In this document: one piece after another, positions 60,087-64,000 of the stretch
Position numbering within the stretch: the first letter of the stretch is position 1
Layout: each line of letters starts with the position of its first letter
Source of the DNA: Eledone cirrhosa
Lineage: Eukaryota
Reading direction: 5' to 3'
Assembly (NCBI GenBank): GCA_964016885.1
Contig: OZ024755.1
Coordinates: 7,812,001 to 7,876,000 of the forward strand
DNA length: 64,000 nt
The notes under the pieces: model-generated
What the model was told of the DNA's origin: nothing
Databases searched by the model: none
Seen by the model: only the letters and a program-made list of their open reading frames with translations
Program-made: the position numbers and the translations under genes

Positions 60087-60884
60087 GGTATGTATCTATA
60101 TACGTATATCTATATCTATATCTATATATATATATGTATACGTAAATTGTTTGTATTGCGGTGAGTAGGAAGATCACAGATGAGAGCAGTGTTCAATACA
60201 TATTTAGTAAAACCCCAACGGAAGACCAATACACTATATTTATAGGATATCTTTGAGATATACGTCCATAGATGTACATTGCTGAACGATGAGTATTACA
60301 TAACGTTATACAATATATGACTACCATAAAAAATTTAACATCAACAACAAATATACAATGGATATATTATAAGTATATAGTGACGTTGTTGCGGTTATTG
60401 TTGTCTGTTTTTATATAGAAATATATTAATGTTTTACAATTTTAATTCACTGTTTTCTTAAATATTCTTAATCATCATTTTTTTTATTGTTATTATTTGT
60501 TGATTCTATTGTTGTTTTGTTTATGTTGTTGTTGTTTGTCCAGTGGATTGACAAAATGTTTAGAGCCTCGGTCACTATTTTCTCTCAAAACCAGTCGTGG
60601 TCAACTTTGTCTTTCACACTTCTTATATCGATATTCTTAAAATACCATTGAAGCAAAGTATTCAGGTTTAAACCACTTTTCAATTTCCACTTCTACCAAT
60701 TTATCATTGATAATGTTCTAAAATAATTAAGAGAGGAGAGAGGAAACAGAATAAATTTGAATTAGAGAATGTGTTTAAAAAACCATCTTGTGGTTTTAAC
60801 TCTAAACACGAATATAGTTTGCAGGGTGTAAGGTTTCATGCCATCGGCACCCTAGAAATGTTGGACTGGGTGTTGTTGGGGTGT

Positions 60885-61150
60885 GTTCTCTTGTGTATGC
60901 TGCTTCGTCTTCCCAGAGGACAGAACTGAGAAAACGTTGCCCTGGGGGATAGTGAAGGAGATATGTTGGAACAGTTATTCCCAGTGGCGGGGCTCACCCA
61001 TGCAGGTGATCAACTCCGCTCCAATAGTAATTAGTGAGTTGGTCCGGTCCCCAAGAACACTGGATGTTTCCACAGCTAAAAGTTCGACCACACACATATC
61101 TGACAGCGACCAGTACTTCGACAGTTCCCTCTCGGCATGACATTAATGTT
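60885..61150 (-). mobile_element. Decayed LINE apurinic endonuclease fragment
   Basis: Minus-strand fragments ELSKY, LAVET, YYWSG and HG in the order of the RTE endonuclease motifs ELxRY..ALSET..YWSG..HGV. Confidence 0.5.
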
Positions 61151-61394
61151 AATCTGTTATTTTGGGGATTTTTTCTTTTATTGTAACTATTAGTGTAGCC
61201 CTGATTATGTCGACCTATGATTGACAGCAATTCAAACGTGACAGTTCTTTCCTTTATTCAGGCTTTCTCTATATAGAAGGAAGAAAGACAGCTCACACCT
61301 ATGCAGGTTCAGCTGGCCTCCTGCAAGGTATATCTCGTTGGAGGTGTCTTGGGTAATTTAATGATAGGGACCCCAGTCCTATCATCTCATTGCT

Positions 61395-61528
61395 ACAGCT
61401 GAGTAAACTGGAGCAACGTGAAATAAAGTGTCTTGCTCAAGGCAACAATACATCACCCGGTCCGAGAATTGAACTCACAACCTTTCGATTGCAAGCCCAA
61501 TGCTCTAACCACAAAGCCATACAGCTTC
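61395..61528 (-). mobile_element. SINE family B head plus CORE-like domain
   Basis: Minus strand TGGCTTTGTGGTTAGAGC...GTGAGTTCAATTC...CCTTGAGCAAGACACTTTATTTCACGTTGCTCCAGTTTACTCAGCTG. Confidence 0.85.
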
Positions 61529-62002
61529 ACTTTCTGTATATAGAATTATATTATTTAGTGTGATCTTGTTATTTGAAGATGTGATTGCTATACTCAAGGT
61601 AAACGAAAGACCCGCGTGAGGCCCCCATGCTGGCTCATAGTTGTTTTCCCCCTTAACGTTGGGATGCAAGAGTTTAGTGTATGTATGTTCGGTTTTCTCT
61701 TTATGTGTGTCTGTTTATGACTATGTTTTTCTGTGTGTTTGGGTGTTTGTGACTCTGTTTGTGTGTGTTTGTAGGCGTATGTTTGATATATGTGTATTTA
61801 CTTGTGTGTGTGTGTGTTCCTGTGCGTTTGTGGTTGGGTGTTTGCGTAACTCGTTTTCTTTGTGTTTGTATGTGTGTGTGGGTGGAAGTTTGTGTGTGCG
61901 ATTCTGTTGTGTACGTCTTCGTGTGTGTGCATGGTTCCGTACATTTTTGCATGTGTGGGGGCTTAGATTTCTGTGTATGTTTATATAGGTAAAATGTGTA
62001 TA

Positions 62003-62132
62003 TGTTTGTGTGTGCTAGTCTATGTGTGTAGGTGAGTTAGTCTCCTTTTCTGTGTGTATATGTGTTTGTGTGTGCTAGTCTATGTGTGTAGGTGAGTTAG
62101 TCTCCTTTTCTGTGTGTATATGTGTTTGTGTG
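62003..62132. repeat. Perfect 60-bp tandem duplication
   Basis: TGTTTGTGTGTGCTAGTCTATGTGTGTAGGTGAGTTAGTCTCCTTTTCTGTGTGTATATG occurs twice. Confidence 0.95.
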
Positions 62133-62642
62133 TATTTGTGTTTTCTAATGACAATCGTCGTGACGACAAATTCAACAACTGACAATCTACATCATAAACA
62201 TTATGACGATGATGATGATAGTTATGATAGTTATGATGATGATGATGGTAGTTATGATGACAAACGATGATGATGATGATGGTGGTAGTTATGATGATGA
62301 CGATGATGGTAGTTAATGATGACGACGATGGTGATGAGTATGATAGTTATGATGATGATGGTGATGGTAGTTATGATGACGATGATGATGATTATGATGG
62401 TGATGATGATGACAGTTGTGAAAACGATGACATAATAATAATTGCGGTGAAATATGATGAGAGACTGACACAAAGGTGTGCTGACGTTTTTAAGAAGCAA
62501 CAAAATATCGAGAAACTAAGGTGCTTTGATCAATCAATTAAATGATCTGATTAGGCAGTGTGGGAATGACGTTCTAGACAGGTGTAAACAGGTGTGTTGG
62601 CACGGCTGTTTATTGATAAACAGATGTATACACTGTCACATA

Positions 62643-62685
<43 letters not shown>

Positions 62686-62941
62686 ATGTGTGTGTACGAA
62701 TGTGTGTGTGTGTGTTTGCCTGTCTGAGACTGTCACATGTATACATACAGTTGCATATACATGTGTACATGGTATAAGAGAAATGTTGCTCAGATACACA
62801 TATTCACACATAAACACACACACATATATATATATGTATATATATACAGATATATATATATATATATATGTATAAATATATATAATATATATATATATAT
62901 ATGTATAAATATATATAATATATATATATATATATGTATAA

Positions 62942-62978
<37 letters not shown>

Positions 62979-62979
62979 A

Positions 62980-63016
<37 letters not shown>

Positions 63017-63021
63017 GTATA

Positions 63022-63170
<149 letters not shown>

Positions 63171-63335
63171 TTAGGAAAATTAATAGAAAAGAGAAAATTA
63201 ATGACCGAAAAGCATCTTTTAAGGGAAGACACTGTGTGTATATATATATATATATATGTATATAAGTATGTGTATGTATGCGTATATTATGTATGTATGT
63301 ATGTGTGTGTGTGTGCAAGTGTATACATATATATG

Positions 63336-63368
<33 letters not shown>

Positions 63369-63492
63369 CATTTTAAATTTATAAATATATATATATATCC
63401 GTATGAGTTCGTAACCAGTAGGCGACTTTATTGAGTTTTTCCCTCTCAAATTTGCCCCGCGCATCGTAATATCATCTACATAGATACATAGA

Positions 63493-63543
<51 letters not shown>

Positions 63544-63550
63544 GTATATA

Positions 63551-63714
<164 letters not shown>

Positions 63715-63720
63715 GTTATA

Positions 63721-63763
63721 ATAATAAATTTGACGACTAAAATCCAAAGAGGGCTCGATAAGG

Positions 63764-63770
<7 letters not shown>
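63721..63770. repeat. Short dispersed element flanked by TA runs, copy 2
   Basis: Reverse complement of the 29.3 kb element. Confidence 0.85.
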
Positions 63771-63819
<49 letters not shown>

Positions 63820-63844
63820 GCAGACATAGAAATATATGGCAGAG

Positions 63845-63965
63845 TAGGTGCGTGGCTTAATAATGAGGGTGTTTGGATCACGATCGTAAGGTCGTGAAAT
63901 TGTGATATTATGGTGCCTTATGCCCTTGTGCAAGGCACTTTATTTTATATTGACCTATTCCACTA
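63845..63965 (+). mobile_element. SINE family B, diverged
   Basis: GCGTGGCTTAAT...CCCTTGTGCAAGGCACTTTATTT matches the family B head and CORE-like block. Confidence 0.65.
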
Positions 63966-64000
63966 AATTCTAATTCTAATTCAAAAAATGTTAGATTGAA

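Overview
AT-rich, repeat-dominated eukaryotic non-coding DNA (intronic or intergenic). The SINE and MITE families look like those of coleoid cephalopods, probably Octopus; this is recognised from memory, not from a search. I found no convincing protein-coding exon, and nearly all long ORFs in the track are translations of (TA)n, (CA)n, (GA)n, (GTA)n, (GGT)n or (GAA)n tracts. Supported features: many tRNA-derived SINEs from at least two families, decayed RTE-type LINE fragments, piggyBac-like and Tc1/mariner-like MITEs, a non-autonomous Helitron, and several minisatellites, including a 71-bp array with a 5-unit higher-order repeat. The most interesting signal is a set of short elements sitting in or next to (TA)n tracts. 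They carry type I hammerhead-ribozyme-like folds of the kind found at Penelope-like retroelement (PLE) termini and in retrozymes. Several form long near-perfect palindromes, and several carry unusual catalytic-core variants (U3-A8 covariation, CAGAAGA, U-U closure of stem II).
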